Source: Camelus ferus (lineage: Eukaryota). Taken from it: DNA of 64,000 nucleotides. The translations under genes and the position numbers were made by a program. The stretch's first letter is position 1; the number at the start of each line of letters is the position of its first letter. Shown one piece after another: positions 37,168 to 51,160 of this stretch. A model generated the notes under the pieces. It was not told where the DNA came from and did no database searches. It saw only the letters and a list, made by a program, of their open reading frames with translations. The stretch is taken from the NCBI RefSeq assembly GCF_009834535.1, contig NC_045696.1, forward strand, positions 37,388,001-37,452,000. The letters run 5' to 3'.

Positions 37168-37830
37168 CATTCATTTATTCCACAAAATGCACTGGTTGCT
37201 TATGCTACATAAAGCACTAACTGGGATTTGGGGATGTGGTGTATGTAAAATAAACAATCTTCCCAACATTCTAATGAAGAAAGATGTAATAAAGCTATAA
37301 ACTATTCTGTTAAATAGTGGTGATTGCAATACAATTGCAGGAAAATGAGAAAGATATCACTAGATATAATGGAGCAAGTTGGATACTGCACTCAAGGGAG
37401 TCCAGTCTAAAGTGACATTTAAGGAGAGATCTGAGTGATGAGAAGGCATTCTGAGAAATATGTAGTCAGAAGTAAAGAGGAAAAAATCCTGGAAAAGAGT
37501 TTACTTTGTATAATGCAAATGACCCAAGGCAGGAATAAGCTTCCGGTGTTTCAGAAACAACAAGACAACAACATTTGTAGATAGGGTTTTAGGAATTAAA
37601 ATAATACTAGGAAATTACTGCAGAGAATTAACCAGGAGCCACGTTTGCTTTATCAGTCCTTATGAATCACGATGAGAACGTTTTATATCATTCTCAGTGT
37701 AATGGGATTTTTTCTTCAGAGAAGTGACTTTGCTCTGATTTTATTTTTTGAAAGATAACTTGGCCTGATGTATGAAACATTCATCATAATAAGGTAAAAA
37801 GGGTAACAGAGAAATACAGTCAAATCTTTC
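37168..37830 (-). mobile_element. L2 fragment
   Basis: cattcatttattccacaaaatgcactggttgcttatgctacataaagcact...gtgacatttaaggagagatctgagtgatgagaagg. Confidence 0.75.
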
Positions 37831-37840
37831 ATAATACTAC

Positions 37841-38205
37841 TGTCTTAAGATGGATTCACTAAGTTCAGGGCCTAAGATGGAAACTGTTTAGGGAAGAAGA
37901 ATAAAGAAGGGGAAGAAGCTGCTTGAGAATGGGATTTTAGGTGAAGATCAGCTTCATTCTTGTCTCACCGGGGGCTCCAGAGAGGCTCCCACCTTGAGAT
38001 AAGGGGACAGGGATTATAGGCCCTAGTGTAGTCAGTCAATGCATCAGTATGTCACTGAACACAGACCATCAGGAATGAGGGTGAATGGGTGTAACTCTCA
38101 GGCACTTCCAGGAAAGGTCACCTCGTTTTCCCAGGGACCATCTTCTGGAAGGTTTCAATTGCGAGCCATTAGTCTAAGCACCACAGGAGCTAGTGTATGG
38201 GTGTA
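37841..38205 (-). mobile_element. Ancient ERVL-type LTR (LTR16/LTR33-like)
   Basis: GC-elevated block starting tgtcttaagatggattc, with cccaccttgagataaggggacaggg. Confidence 0.45.
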
Positions 38206-41200
38206 AAGAAAGAATTGGTAAACAGAAGAAGGTCAGAAAAATCAATTTTGAAGGGAAAAAAATAAAGAAATCAATGGCATTATAATGGTCCATAATGAAA
38301 ATTATGATATTGACTGAGAAAATAATTGAATAAATAAAGTATAGAATTTGATAATCCTATAGAAATATTTGTTGTTTGGTGGGACAAGAGAGTAGACTCA
38401 GTGGAGGGGCCACTTATTATTTTTATAATATTACTTTTATTAGACAATAATGAAGTACAAACTTATGAATCAGTGTTAATTTTCTATTAGAATGAACTCT
38501 TTGACTACAGTATGTTAATGGAAATAATACCACTGAATCATAAAGCATGCTTGCAATGGCACCTAGAAACAAATGATCGCTGAAAAGAATTGCCAAATGG
38601 TCATGCCAACCATCAGTTCTTCCACTACATTAAATTAAACCTGACCTTCTAATAAATTAGATCCCAGAGCTACATATATACACTACACAATTTTAGGAAA
38701 ATGTGTTTATGAATTTATAATTTAACATAGTCACAGATATTGTCAGAAGTTATGTAAAATTTTAATAAGTGGAATATGTATGAATCTTTTGTAAAACTGT
38801 GATTAGAACAGTGTTAATTGTATTATTTAAAACTTTATATAAAATTAATACAGTATATTTCTCTTTGAGTTCAGTGCTAAAAATAAAAATGCTTTTCTAG
38901 TCTGAAAAATAAATGTGCTCATTAAAATTGATAAAGCATCTATATAATCTATTAAATTTCCTTTGCCACAGTTAGGTAACCCAGAGAAAGTAAACAAAGC
39001 CAAATATGCTTAATGTTAGTTTTTCATACAAAGTAGTCTTTTTCACCATCTCTCTTACATAATTTTTTAGTTTCTTATATTATTACACAGTCAAGCTTTT
39101 AAGTGGATTATATTGTGAATTCACCACACTTTCATTGCCTGGGACTAGAGCAGATAGTATAAACAATGCTGAGAAAGCTGCAGCAGAGCATTTCATTTTG
39201 AAAGTTTGGAAATTACAAAGACATAATGACAGTACAAATCTCTAAATTTCTATAAATATCTGCTTTTAGAAAGTCAAAGTGAGTTTACATAATTAATTAA
39301 GCAGGTGCAATGATTAATTTCAGATACTCAGTGTTCAATGGGTAGTATGTGATATGACCACATTACAATGCAGAATTATACTGTTTGTCATAATTCATTG
39401 CTACAAAGAAATATATTTATTCAAAAAACATATTTGCTTTAAAGTATGTCATTTTCAATATGAAGTGTTATAATTTGATATGTATAAATTAGATTGTGTT
39501 TGGCTATCATGTTTAAAAATATGATTGCATTGGGCACTTACAACTTCTAATTAATGAAATATCGAAATTAAAGAAGAAAAGTAAATTGGTGAAACAAGGT
39601 CAAAATCGTAACAATTGTTACAGGCTTCAGCTCTGTCACTTAGTAGCAATGGTTCAGAATATTCTGCTCAGTTTCTCTGAGACAAATATTCTCATCTGTA
39701 ACAATTTGAGAAACATGGGATGTAATTACCATGTGACATCTATGGTATATTGAATTTACCTTTTACTTCACTTACTGTTTATGGTTTTGCCTTTCTCACA
39801 TAATTATTGTGTTGATTTCAATGGATGAGAGAACAACTTCTAAATTTCAAATCTAGTGCTTATCGTAGTTCATGGATTATCATAAAGCAAAATATGTTTC
39901 AGTTGTAGCTCTTATCCTATAAAAAATGTATTTTTTCTTTAATATTTAGTTAATGTCTTCATTTGTAAGGTAAGGACATTAATAGACTAGCATTCTGACT
40001 CAGTCACAGCCTTCAAGTATGCCACCCTGGTCCATACATCTACACGTGGGGTTGGGCCAGCAAGAAGAGAAGACCAGGTATGTGAAATGATGGAAGGGAT
40101 GACTAGAAGACTGAAGTAGAATGTCAAAGTAATTAGCATAATAAACTTCCTCTCAATTTGTCTGTTACTGATTTGTAAAAAATCCAATTTTATGAACACT
40201 TGCATGGTGGCAAAGGACTCAAACAAGCAATGGCAATATGCATTCTGAGCCAAGAAGTAACGACATTTGTCCAGTAGTCAGTTTGAGTTAAAGATGGATC
40301 CCAGTCAGTGGCTAGAAGCACACAGGAAGGGATTTGATCATCAAGGATACCTTTGTAACCTGGGCACTAGGACAGTGTCCACCTTGCATATTTTCTCCTC
40401 CAGAGAATGAGATGGCTTTGCCAGAGCTAGTTGCCTTCCAGAGCACAGCCAAGATTTATCCAAAGGAAAGGTGCCAGTAACAGAAAAATTGCCCTTCAAT
40501 GAAAAACTTAACTGTTTACTGCAACCTTTAGAGTCATCTAATTCTACAGAAGCTCTGCATTTGTTACTCACTCTGAGTTTTTTATCTGTGAGACCTTTCT
40601 TTTTTTCATATTTTGGGGAAATTAACTTTTAATAATGGAAGTCTCATTAAGGTGACTAGTATATTAACCTGGCAAAACTATATAAACTTCATCTTCATGG
40701 TGGTTCATCTCATGGGCTGCTTGAGCCAAGCAACAACTTTTCCAACCTTCCCTTCCAATGTGAGAAAATTTTGAAGACTCTATTTTCCTATTTTAAGTGT
40801 CTCTCTATTATATTTATGTTGTTTTGGTTTTGGTTCACTTACAACTGACATGTTATTTTGCATTGCAGCAATGACTAAAGATTTAGTTTTATGGTTTGAT
40901 CATATGGTGAACTCTGTTTGTTTTAGATATCTATTTTCTGTTGGGTGAGAGACCACAGAGAGTCTAGTGTGTTAAGTCTTACTTGTTTGCTTGCATACTT
41001 TTTTGTTTTGAGCTCAAATCACTTCAGGATTTCATTTCTACCAGGAGTAAAACAGCTATCTGGTAACTAAATATGTGATTCTTTTCTTTTTTTAGGCTTC
41101 TGTTTATACCACTGACACATGGTTTAAGTTGCACAATTGAAGCTGTAAATCCTCTGTGTGCTTATATGTCTATGTGTCAGGAAATCAGAAGCATCTTTAC

Positions 41201-41309
41201 TTTTCATTGAATGTGTCATGTTTCCAGTTCTGGAAAGTATTAAAACATATCTTGTAAAATCTCCTAAATTGTAACAGTTCTATTCTCATTTTAACATAGA
41301 CAAATATGC

Positions 41310-41341
<32 letters not shown>

Positions 41342-41382
41342 CTGTTTGTATGTGTGTGTCTGTCTGTGGAGAGAGAGAGAGA
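41310..41382. repeat. Compound (TA)n(TG)n(GA)n microsatellite
   Basis: Direct read. Confidence 0.9.
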
Positions 41383-41922
41383 AAGCGATTATTGCTCAAT
41401 TTCCCATGAAGTAAGGACACTGAATATCTTTATATGTAATATACTTAATATATAATGTATATACAAATATGTATATAGTATACTATATACATATATATAT
41501 ATAGAAAGTAAATCAATTTTAGAGAAAACTTTTAAGTTTCTGGGAAAAATAAAATTAAAAGTTAAACAGTATATCCAGTCTTTCATATTCTTTCATATAT
41601 CCAACACATATTTGCTGTGTTTCTAGCATGTGCCATGAACTGTCCAAGGTAGATGGAATTAAAGAGAACCAGAGGGCCAATCTCAAGCCTGAGCCATAGG
41701 AAGCACGAAAATGTGCTTAAGAAATGTGACTCATGCAATGGATGATGTGAAAACAAAGGCAAGGGCCATGAACCAGGCAGAAGAGGAAAGGGAATGAATC
41801 ATGGACAGTAGCAAGGAATTCTTGTATGATTACTCAAAATGCAGCTATTTTGAGTTTTTTGCCCTTAAAATTTTATTGCACTCCAAAAAAAGTGGGTGAT
41901 AGATACTAGCTTTCACAGGAGT

Positions 41923-42111
41923 ACAGCTGAACTGTCAGATATGATAGCCATTAGCCATATGTGGCTATTTAAATCTAAATTAAAATTAATTAAAATTAAA
42001 TCAGTTGAAAACTCAGTTTTTCAGTTGTACTAGACATGCTTCAGTGTTTATAGTCAACATGCAGAGGTAGAGATTTTCTATCATCACAGAAATGTCTATT
42101 ACATAGTGCTC
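41923..42111. mobile_element. MER33-like hAT-Charlie MITE (internally deleted)
   Basis: tagccattagccatatgtggctatttaaatctaaattaaaattaattaaaattaaa...tctatcatcacagaaatgtctattacatagtgct. Confidence 0.7.
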
Positions 42112-44333
42112 ATTATGTGAGAAAGGTTGGCTCCCATTTAATACGTGTGTCTAGGAACTTTTTTTTCATGTTTTGTTTTGTTTTATTTACTCCCTTTTAG
42201 ATTTTTGTATGTTTGCTTTTAGGGGAGAAATATTAAGGAAGATAGGAAATTAAGAAATAGATCAACAATTGTTTCTTACATGATGTTTACACTGTCACTA
42301 ATTCTCCTTGTTATTCTGACCTTTAAGTAACAAACTGAGATAAAAGACTGGTCATAAAATCTGAAAAATCTTTGAGGTTTAGTTTAAAGGAAGGAACAAT
42401 GAAAACACTTTGTAAGATTCTAATTTTCTCATCTGTTCTCATCTGTTAATATGCCATCAGCTCTTGTAAATGCCATCTATCCATTTGAAGATATTGACAA
42501 GGTGTATGGAGCAGGAGACAGTCTTGACAAATTAGAGACCTTTTGGGGAGAACCCCTAATAAACAACTTACAGGAGTGTCTACATTACCATCTATTGTAT
42601 TTCTTTTGTCATGGATCATCCATTTACTGCATTCTCATAGGTATCTAATCTTGTGGGTAGAGCATATTTTCTTATTTATCTCATAAATTAACTCATTACT
42701 CATGAGTTTATCTTATTTGCACTCTACACATCTCACACATCCTGAGGCTACTACACAAGATTAGTTACACTAAGATCTTAAAATGTACTTTTCTTATATT
42801 ACTTTAAAAATATGGAGTTTTCCTTTTAAAGAAATCTTAAAATGAGATGACATTTATGTGTTGAGTGATAGAAAATTGACTGATAGCTATCAATTTTATT
42901 TAGGGCATATTATCAAAACCCTTTAAACGACGGCTTGAAAACTGTTTCATGTGTTTTGAAGGATAGAATTTATTTGCGTAAAATCTGACATTGCTGTGAT
43001 GCTGTATGACAGACTCATAATCTTAATAAAAATGCCATTATTTATGTGAATGGATGAAATATTATTAAATTTTAGTATAGTCATCTAATGTTTACAACCA
43101 ATTTGGAAACTGCATATACTGAGAATCTCTTTCTTAACACAATCAATGATTCCTAATGTACTTTTCTATTTCAGTTTCAATACAACAGGAAACTAGCAAA
43201 ACACAGAAAAACAGAAAAAAGAAAGACAAAAAAAGACAGAAAAAGAGGCAAAGACACAATTTGCTTTAATATGTGTAGTATGTTAGCTAGAGTGGCGTTA
43301 TTTTCTATTTGGATTTTCAGTTAATTACATTAATCACTAAATTCTTAACACAAGTACATTGAATTTTGTGGAGAATGAGAACATTCGTTCATCACTTTAG
43401 CAGACTTTGAGGAATGTGCAGAAGTTTTTCAAAAACTGATACTAGCTTCTTCTGAGAGTACTGATAATGATGCACAATTTTATTCTTATTGTTCCCTTGA
43501 ATTAAATATAGAAATTTACCACAAGAATAAAACCATTTTGTAAGAAAAGTCTACAGAGATCTATATAATCTAATTGTATATTTTCCTTGATTAAATCCCC
43601 CACAGCAGTTTACAGAGACAGTTGCATTTGACAATTGCTAGGTGATTTGGTACTATTAGAAGGAGCTATTATTTCAATGTAAGAAAATTCTGAAGAAAAT
43701 AGTCCTATAAAATATAATTAAACAATACTTTTGGGACTGAACATGCAATTTGCTGTAAGAAAGTTGGATTTTAGTATAACAATAATAACAATTACATATA
43801 TTTGCAATTCTTTTCATAAACTCCACAAAGAGGGTATCAAATGACCTTTTAACATTAGTAGACACTGCCTGCAACAGAAAAGACTGTTTTTGTGTGAAAA
43901 TATCCACTAGGTTATGAAGATTTAAAGTTTCATTGAAAACTCATATTGAAGATGACTACTTCATATTTGTTTACTTTCTTTATAAATAATATAAGTTGCA
44001 TTCTGGAGGAGAAGAAACTGCTTAAGGGAAAGAAAAAAATATACTAAGCAAGTTTTATTCTTCTTTTTTTTTTTTTTTTCTCACAGAAAACAAAATTACT
44101 TGCCTTTATTAAGAATTGTGAATTTCAAAAGTTAAAGCCAGGAAATGCCTTCGTCAAGTGATATCTGAACATCAACTTCAGTTAGTAAAAATATATCAAG
44201 CAGGTTGGGGTAAGAAGGTTAGGGCTGAACATCCTTGGCCCCAGGGGTTTCCTAAATGGGCCCTGGAGGGCAATCTTTGGTACACAATTTGAAAATCTGT
44301 GATGTAAATATTCTAACTTTGTCCTGTGTGGGA

Positions 44334-44888
44334 TGTGAGGGGAAAACAAAACAAAACAAAAAACCCAAAAAACATTCCTCTACCCCTGGAAGTTCTTCTG
44401 GCTGGTCTAAGAATTAAATTGACATGAGACAGATAAACCACAGAAAAATGAAACGATTTCATAAGAATGGGAACACCCCATGCATGAGGTTCAAAGACAA
44501 CGTTAAAATGAGGTTATTTCCACGAAAATAATAATTTTATTTTGTTTTAATTATATGAACAATAGAACTAAATAAATCATCCTGAACTAAGGAATAAAAT
44601 GGGGGCCTGGCACTTCCAAGGACAGGAGGCTAATTCATCAATACGTAAGAAGAGCAGACGTTAGGCAAACAGATGTTTGCCCTGGTATACGTGTGGGTCA
44701 CTCAGATAAAACTTATCTCTGATAATAACGCCTGTTGTAGGAAAGAACCCCGATTTAAATTCTTCTAGGTGCTTAAGGGAGGGGCAGAGGTTTCTCTTTG
44801 AACCCTCAAGATCTTGATTGCCTTCAGCTCAAAATAACCTTCATGCAAAAGTGGCACATTTTGGGGAGGCTTGTTCTGAACCCCTTCA
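44334..44888 (-). mobile_element. ERV1 (MER41/MER4-group-like) solo LTR containing a 68-bp foreign insert
   Basis: Minus strand starts TGAAGGGGTTCAGAACAAGCCTCCCCAAAATGTGCCACTTTTGCATG, typical of MER4-group LTRs. Homologous to 22217-23141. No clear TSD. Confidence 0.75.
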
Positions 44889-45830
44889 ATTCCATACTTA
44901 TTTGCTTGCTTTATAAATGGTCATAAATCCTGTATGGTTTTAATGTTTTTTTTCTCTTTTTTTCCTACTCACTCCAGGGAAACATATAGGTGATAAAAAT
45001 AACAAATATGAGCAGGTTATAAACCTGAGGAATCTTCCCCCAAGTCTCAATATTGCTCCATTTTCTCAAATGCCTGACTGTTACAAGATTTTACAAAGTC
45101 TCCTTGGACTTCCTCTGTGATTTTTTTCCTGAGGTGTAACTCAATAAACCACCCTCTTTCCTCTGATTCATCTTTTCTTGAAAGTACAAAGACACCTACC
45201 ACCAGAGTAAGCTCTCTTTCTATGATGTAGTTTAGTTTAGTTCTACAGATATTTTTCATGCCAAACACAGCTGGTTCCTTAAGGAACAAAGATTATTCAT
45301 CCATTGACTCTGACAGTCCTCAAGGAGGCTAGAGTCAAGGGTGGAGAAGCAGATATATAAAAGGAAAATATTAAAACAGTTTGGTAAGTAGTAAAAAGGT
45401 GTGTGCACACATGAAAAAAGGCACGGAAAGGGAGAGAAGCATGTTTTAAAGTGAGCCATTTGTATAACTGAGGCTTCTGATCAGAGCCTTTTTAGGACGT
45501 TCTACTTTGTGCCCTACGTAGATGGTTTAAATACTGAATTTAAAATGGTTCTCTATGTAGATTGATGCTGTTGTAGCTACTAATTCAAATAGTCAGGTTT
45601 TGAATCAGAAACAGCCATAGGAGACCCTTAGGTTCTGAACTCATAATTAAGTATGCTGTATTTTAGTGAATAAGCATTACTGAAAAATTTGAATGCACAA
45701 TTCACCCCAAATATGGTTTTATATAGAAACCTTGATGAAAATTTTATGAGTAGAAATAATTGGTTATTTCCACGAAAATAATAATTTTATTTTGTTTTAA
45801 TTATATGAACAATAGAACTTAAATAAATCA
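44512..45830 (+). repeat. Dispersed direct repeat: 44512-44579 and 45762-45830
   Basis: ggttatttccacgaaaataataattttattttgttttaattatatgaacaatagaact(t)aaataaatca; identical except for a 1-bp indel. Confidence 0.97.
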
Positions 45831-47260
45831 AATGTACACAAATTCAATTACATTACATTCTTATGAGTAACTAAAATTCACTCGTTTGGAAAATCTTTAC
45901 ATTGCCTTTAATTATAAATATATCTTTCCTTAGGCTACATAATATTCCTAGATTAAAATAACCTGAAAATAATTTGACAGATGATGTAATTTTCTTCTAA
46001 TGCTTTCATAATTCCTTCTTAGAGGTTTCAAAATTACAAGTTAAAATTGTTAGATGGGAGGAAATGCGTGTAATAAAGAATTTTTTTTAAGTTTCACTAA
46101 ATTTTTTCCTGAATTAACAAATATATTTTTTAAAAGACCATAGAGGGAGCCCTAGAGTTAGAAAAGTGAGAATCAGAGTTTAAAGGCCCATCTTATAAGA
46201 ATCATTTAGGATCATCTGTGTTTGTTGCAAAGCACTTAATACAAAATGCCTTTGCACATAAGCAAAATATCACTTAAAGTAACAAAGGCTTAGAACCTTT
46301 GTGCTTTTCACTGTAATACCATTCTAAATAACAAATAGCTACTTTGAACAGAATTTTTTTATAGGTATCAATAGTAATTCTTGAAATTACAAAATAGGTC
46401 TGACCTAGCTAAATACCAAATAAAATATTATAATTTAATCAGCCTGACAAGCCAAATGAAAATAAAATATTTATTGACAGGGTTCTTGATTTTTGGAAGC
46501 TTATGTTCAAACAAGGAAGAGAGATTCCAAGCAAATAAAGAAGAAATACGAGGTCAGGTAGTTTGGGAGAGATGATTAACCATCCACCAACAATTTGTAT
46601 TCTAGCTCCCCAAGTAAGGAGTGGTTGGTGGGAGGCAGTACCCCCACAGCCAAATACTCTCTTTTCTCGCCGACTCTGCACACACACACGACATTGAGAC
46701 TTGTTCTCCCCATTGAAATTGAGCAGGAAACATGTGTGTCACTTCTCCACCAGTATTTTAAAGAGGCAAAGTCCCTCTTCCTAAGTTTTTGTCTTTCTGG
46801 TATTAGATTCTTTACTCTGCTTAACACTAATTTTGGTAACTGCCGGATGAAATTTGTTTTTGATTTATTACTATTTGTTAGATTCATTTTGTAATCCTAC
46901 TTTGGCTTGTTTATTTTAGTCTTATCAGACTCTGAATATAGAGTTATTTTCTAGTATCAATTTAACATCCAACTTCAAAAAATAATTGCTGTGCTTTGTT
47001 TTTCTGTTCTAGAAAAGGCTATCTCTTACTCCCTGGTTGAAAGTGTTCCAATTCAGTGCTTCTCTGTCTTTGTATGTTTTACTTTGGTTAGAGATGCCCT
47101 TCCTTCCTTTTACTCTTGTCTTTGTTCTTCTAAAAAAAACTCTCCACTGATCATTTAAGATTCAGCTTAATCATGGCTTCTTCTGAGAACCTTCGGGGCA
47201 CAATTAAAAAAAAAAAATTCTAGCTTAGAAACGTCATTTGCTTCTCATATAAAACTCCAC

Positions 47261-48933
47261 TAAGGCAATCTATAGATTCAATGCAATCCCTACAAAATAC
47301 CAATGAAATTTTTCAGAGAACTAGAACAAATAATTTTAAATTTTGTATAGAAACACAAGACCCCAAATAGCTAAAACAATCTTAAAAAAAAAAGAACAGA
47401 ACTGGAGGTATCATTGCTCCTGGACTTCAGACTATACTACAAAGCTACAGTAATCAAAACAGTTTGTTACTGGCACAAAAACAGATATATAGATCAATGC
47501 ATTAGAATAAAAAGCCCAAAAAATAAACCCATGCACTTATGGTCAATTAATCTATGACAAAGAAGGTAAGAATTTACAATAGAGAAAACATAGTCTCTTC
47601 AATAAGTGGTGCTGGGAAAACCGGACAGCTACATGTAAAAGAATGAAATTAGAACATTCTCTAACACCATATACAAAAATGTTTAAAATGGGTTAAAAAC
47701 CTAAATGTAAAACTAAATACTATAAAATACCTAGAAGAAAACAGAACAATCCTTGACATAAATTACTGCAATATTTTTTAAATCTGTTTCCAAAGCAAAG
47801 GAAATAAAATAAAACTAAACAATGAGACCTAATTAAACTTAAAAGCATTTGCACAACAAAGGAAACCATCTACAAAATGAAAAGACAACCAACTAAATGG
47901 GGCAAAATATTTGCAAATAATATGGTGTTAATATCCAACATCTATAAACAGCTCATACAACTCATCAGAAAAACAAGCAACCCAATTAAAAATGGTCAGA
48001 AGAACTGATAAAGATATTTTTGCAAAGAGGAAAAATGCAGGTGGTGTACAGACACATAAAAAGATGCTCAGCATCTCTAATCATCAGGGAAATGCAAATC
48101 AAAACCTCAGTAAGATATGACCTCACATCTGTCAGAATGGCTATAATCAAAAAGAATATAAACAAAAAATGTTGGCAAGAATGTGGAGAAAAAAGAACCC
48201 TTGTAACTGTTGCGGGGATTGTAATTTGGTACAGTCACAGTGGAAATCAGCATGGAGGTTCTCAAAAGGCTAAAAATAGAACTACCATATGACCCAGAAA
48301 TTCCACTCCTGTGTATATATCTAAAAAACTAAAGACACTAGTTCAAAAAGATACGTGCACCCCATGTTCATAAAGCACTCATTACAATTGCTAAGACATA
48401 GAAGCCTCCTAAGTGTCAATCAACAGAGGGATAGATAAAGAAGATGTATGTGTATATGTATGTGTGTGTATATACAATACTCACACACAATGGAATACTA
48501 CTTAGTCATAAAAAGATTAAATTTTGCCAATTGCAGCAATGTGGATGGACTTGGAGGGCATTGTCCTAAGTGAAATAAGTCAGACAGAGAAAGACAAATA
48601 CTATATGCTATCACTTAAATATGGAATTTTAAAAATGCAACAAACTAGTGAATACAACAAAAAAGAAACAAACATAGACACAGAGAACAAACTAGTGGTT
48701 ACCAGTGGGAAGAGGGGAGGAGCAATCTAGGGGTAGGGAAGAAGTACAAATTACTGTGTACAAAATAAGCTACAAGTGTACATTGTGTAACACAGGGAAT
48801 ATACCAAATATTTTATAATAATTATAAATAGAGTGTAACTTTTAAAGTTTGTGAATCACTCTATTGTACATCTATAACTTACATAATATTATACAGCAAC
48901 TATATTTCCATAAAAAATTGAAATTAAATTAAA
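47261..48933 (+). mobile_element. 5'-truncated LINE-1 (ORF2 3' part + 3'UTR), inserted into an L2 remnant (~47040-47260 and ~48940-49100)
   Basis: ORFs 48020-48292 ([16 protein letters not shown]...) and 48524-48730 (MWMDLEGIVLSEISQTEKDKY) are the L1 ORF2 C-terminus, frameshifted. Followed by 3'UTR and an A-rich tail. Confidence 0.93.
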
Positions 48934-49869
48934 TAGAACCCTCTACAATAGAACTTAACCACAAAATTGTAATGGGATATTTCAGTCTATTTTTGCAAGT
49001 AGACTTAAATTCTATAAGTGAAAAAGCAATTATACCCAGACATTTTCAGCCACAAGAATGGTATCTGAAAAGTAGTAAACCCTCAAAAACTTGCAATGGT
49101 GTCTAAGCACAGAGGTGGTATTGAATTGCTTCCTCTTCAACTCTTCACCCAGTGCAATTGCTTTTTTACTATCATCCCACTTAGTGTCCAGAGTTCCACT
49201 GAGCTTGCATTAGGCTAAGTAGAATCTGAAGGAAGCAGTAAATAGAAGGCTTATTAGGAGAGATATCATTTATAGCTCCAAACAATATCCATCTCTACTA
49301 CAGTAATAACGATGTTTCTAAAATGTAAAATATGGAAACAGAAAATAAATTTCAAAGTCACTGTATTTATCTGCCAGTGTTTCTTTCTGCTCCTTCCTCC
49401 AAGCCAGGTCACTTCCCATATATTTAGTGAATGAATGAATAAAGGATTGAATGACAGACAAAGCACTCTGGGAGTTCTCACTAAGTTTATTGTGCAAGGG
49501 GGGGATGGAGGAGAATGATTGACAGTCAAGTCCCGAAATGGTAAGAATTTTATTTGATTTACTCTAATGCTTTCATTAATGTAAAAATACAGGTAATCCT
49601 TAGGGTATAAAGTACTTACAACTGCAATCAAATACCTAAATGACAACTAAATGGAAGAAGCTCTCATGAGAAGAGTAAATTAAAATCTTTGCCAAAATAC
49701 CAAACACAAAGTGAAAAATAACAGATTTGTGAGAGAATATGTTTGACAGATACAGGATAATATACACTGATAGCTACATACATACATATAGACAGAAACC
49801 TCTCTGAAATGAAAAGGAGTGAGTTTCCAAAATAAACCATTAATTTCTACAAATAATTGAAATCCAAAA

Positions 49870-51160
49870 AAGAACAAAGGATAAAAATAAAGTTATAGAA
49901 AGAATTCCAGTAGCCAATACATTTTGAAAAATATAAAACCTAATAATTGGAGAAATGCATTAAAGTAATACAGAGATATCACTTCATATTCATCACTCTA
50001 AACAAAAATAGAAAAGTTCACCAATATGAAATTTCATACTGGATGTGGAACAACATTGTTGATAGAAGTAAAAGTACTGCACTTTCGGGACCAATTCAGT
50101 AATAGTTCATTTGAAACTTGAATCTATTTTATAACTTAGAAAATATACCTGTTAGATATGTACCCCAGAGAAACTACCATATGACTATATGTAATGATGT
50201 GATGAAATAAAATTTACACTTTCAGGCAGGGAAATAAAATTTAAAAATAAAATTCTCTCTCTGTATCTGTTTGGGTCTCCTCCTGAGGTTTATATAAAGT
50301 TCATCAAAGGTACATACTCCAGGTAAGCACATATAAAACAAGCAGTAAGTCACTAGACCCCTTACAGTGTTGGGAGAGAATGCTATTTTTTAAGTTACAT
50401 TGCTAGTGTAGAAAAAAGGAAAAAAAAAAACTTGGTGTTTATGGTCCAGCATGCACTCCCACCTTTGAGGAGGTCTAGTTAATGTATAATGCAGATGTAC
50501 CTTGTACACTAGGGAGGGAAGGTGGGAGGAGACCCAAACAGATATGTCATTTTAATATATGATCCTTTGTCTTGAAAATCTGTATGACTGTGCTTTCCAC
50601 TTCTAACAGGATAGTTCTCAAGAGATTTCTGAGAGTTTGTTTCCTGTGTTATAATCCTCAGTTTGGCTCAAATAAATCTCCCTTTTTTCCTTCTTAACTT
50701 GAGTGTTAACTGAATTTTCATTGACAAGTGTATATTCTTAAAAGCAATACAGAAAATAATAAACTAGAATTATATGTAACAACAAGAAGAAGATCTTAAA
50801 ATATGATGGTGTTGTTAGATACTATTAAGGGGGCAAAAATGCAAACATACCATATTTCCAGTTACATAAAGTTTATAAACAAGCAAAACAACACTAAATA
50901 TTTTTATGAAGGTATTTACATATATGTGTGTGTGTGTATATATATAAATAAAACTATAAAAACATAGTAGTAATGATAGACATCAAGTTTAGAATCTCTG
51001 GAATAACAGGAGGGAAAGGGATCTACTAGGTATAAACAAAAGGAATTTCAAATATATCAATAATGTTTTAGTTATTAAACTCTACAAGTTTAGATACAAG
51101 TGTTTGCTACACAGGTACTTTTTTTGTTTGTTTGTTTGCATTAAATGTTTAATTTAAAAA
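49870..51160 (+). mobile_element. Old L1ME-like 3' region split by an LTR
   Basis: ggagaaatgcattaaagtaatacagagatatcacttcatattcatc... before the LTR; 3'UTR-like sequence resumes after 50727. Confidence 0.55.
50198..50726 (+). mobile_element. ERV1-like solo LTR
   Basis: TG...CA ends; 3' end ttataatcctcagtttggctcaaataaatctccc...ttttcattgaca (polyA signal + U5). TSD not resolved. Confidence 0.65.

Noticed and set aside
46576..46894. Overlapping ~100-aa ORFs on opposite strands
   Set aside because: No recognisable domain, splice structure or codon pattern; compatible with chance.
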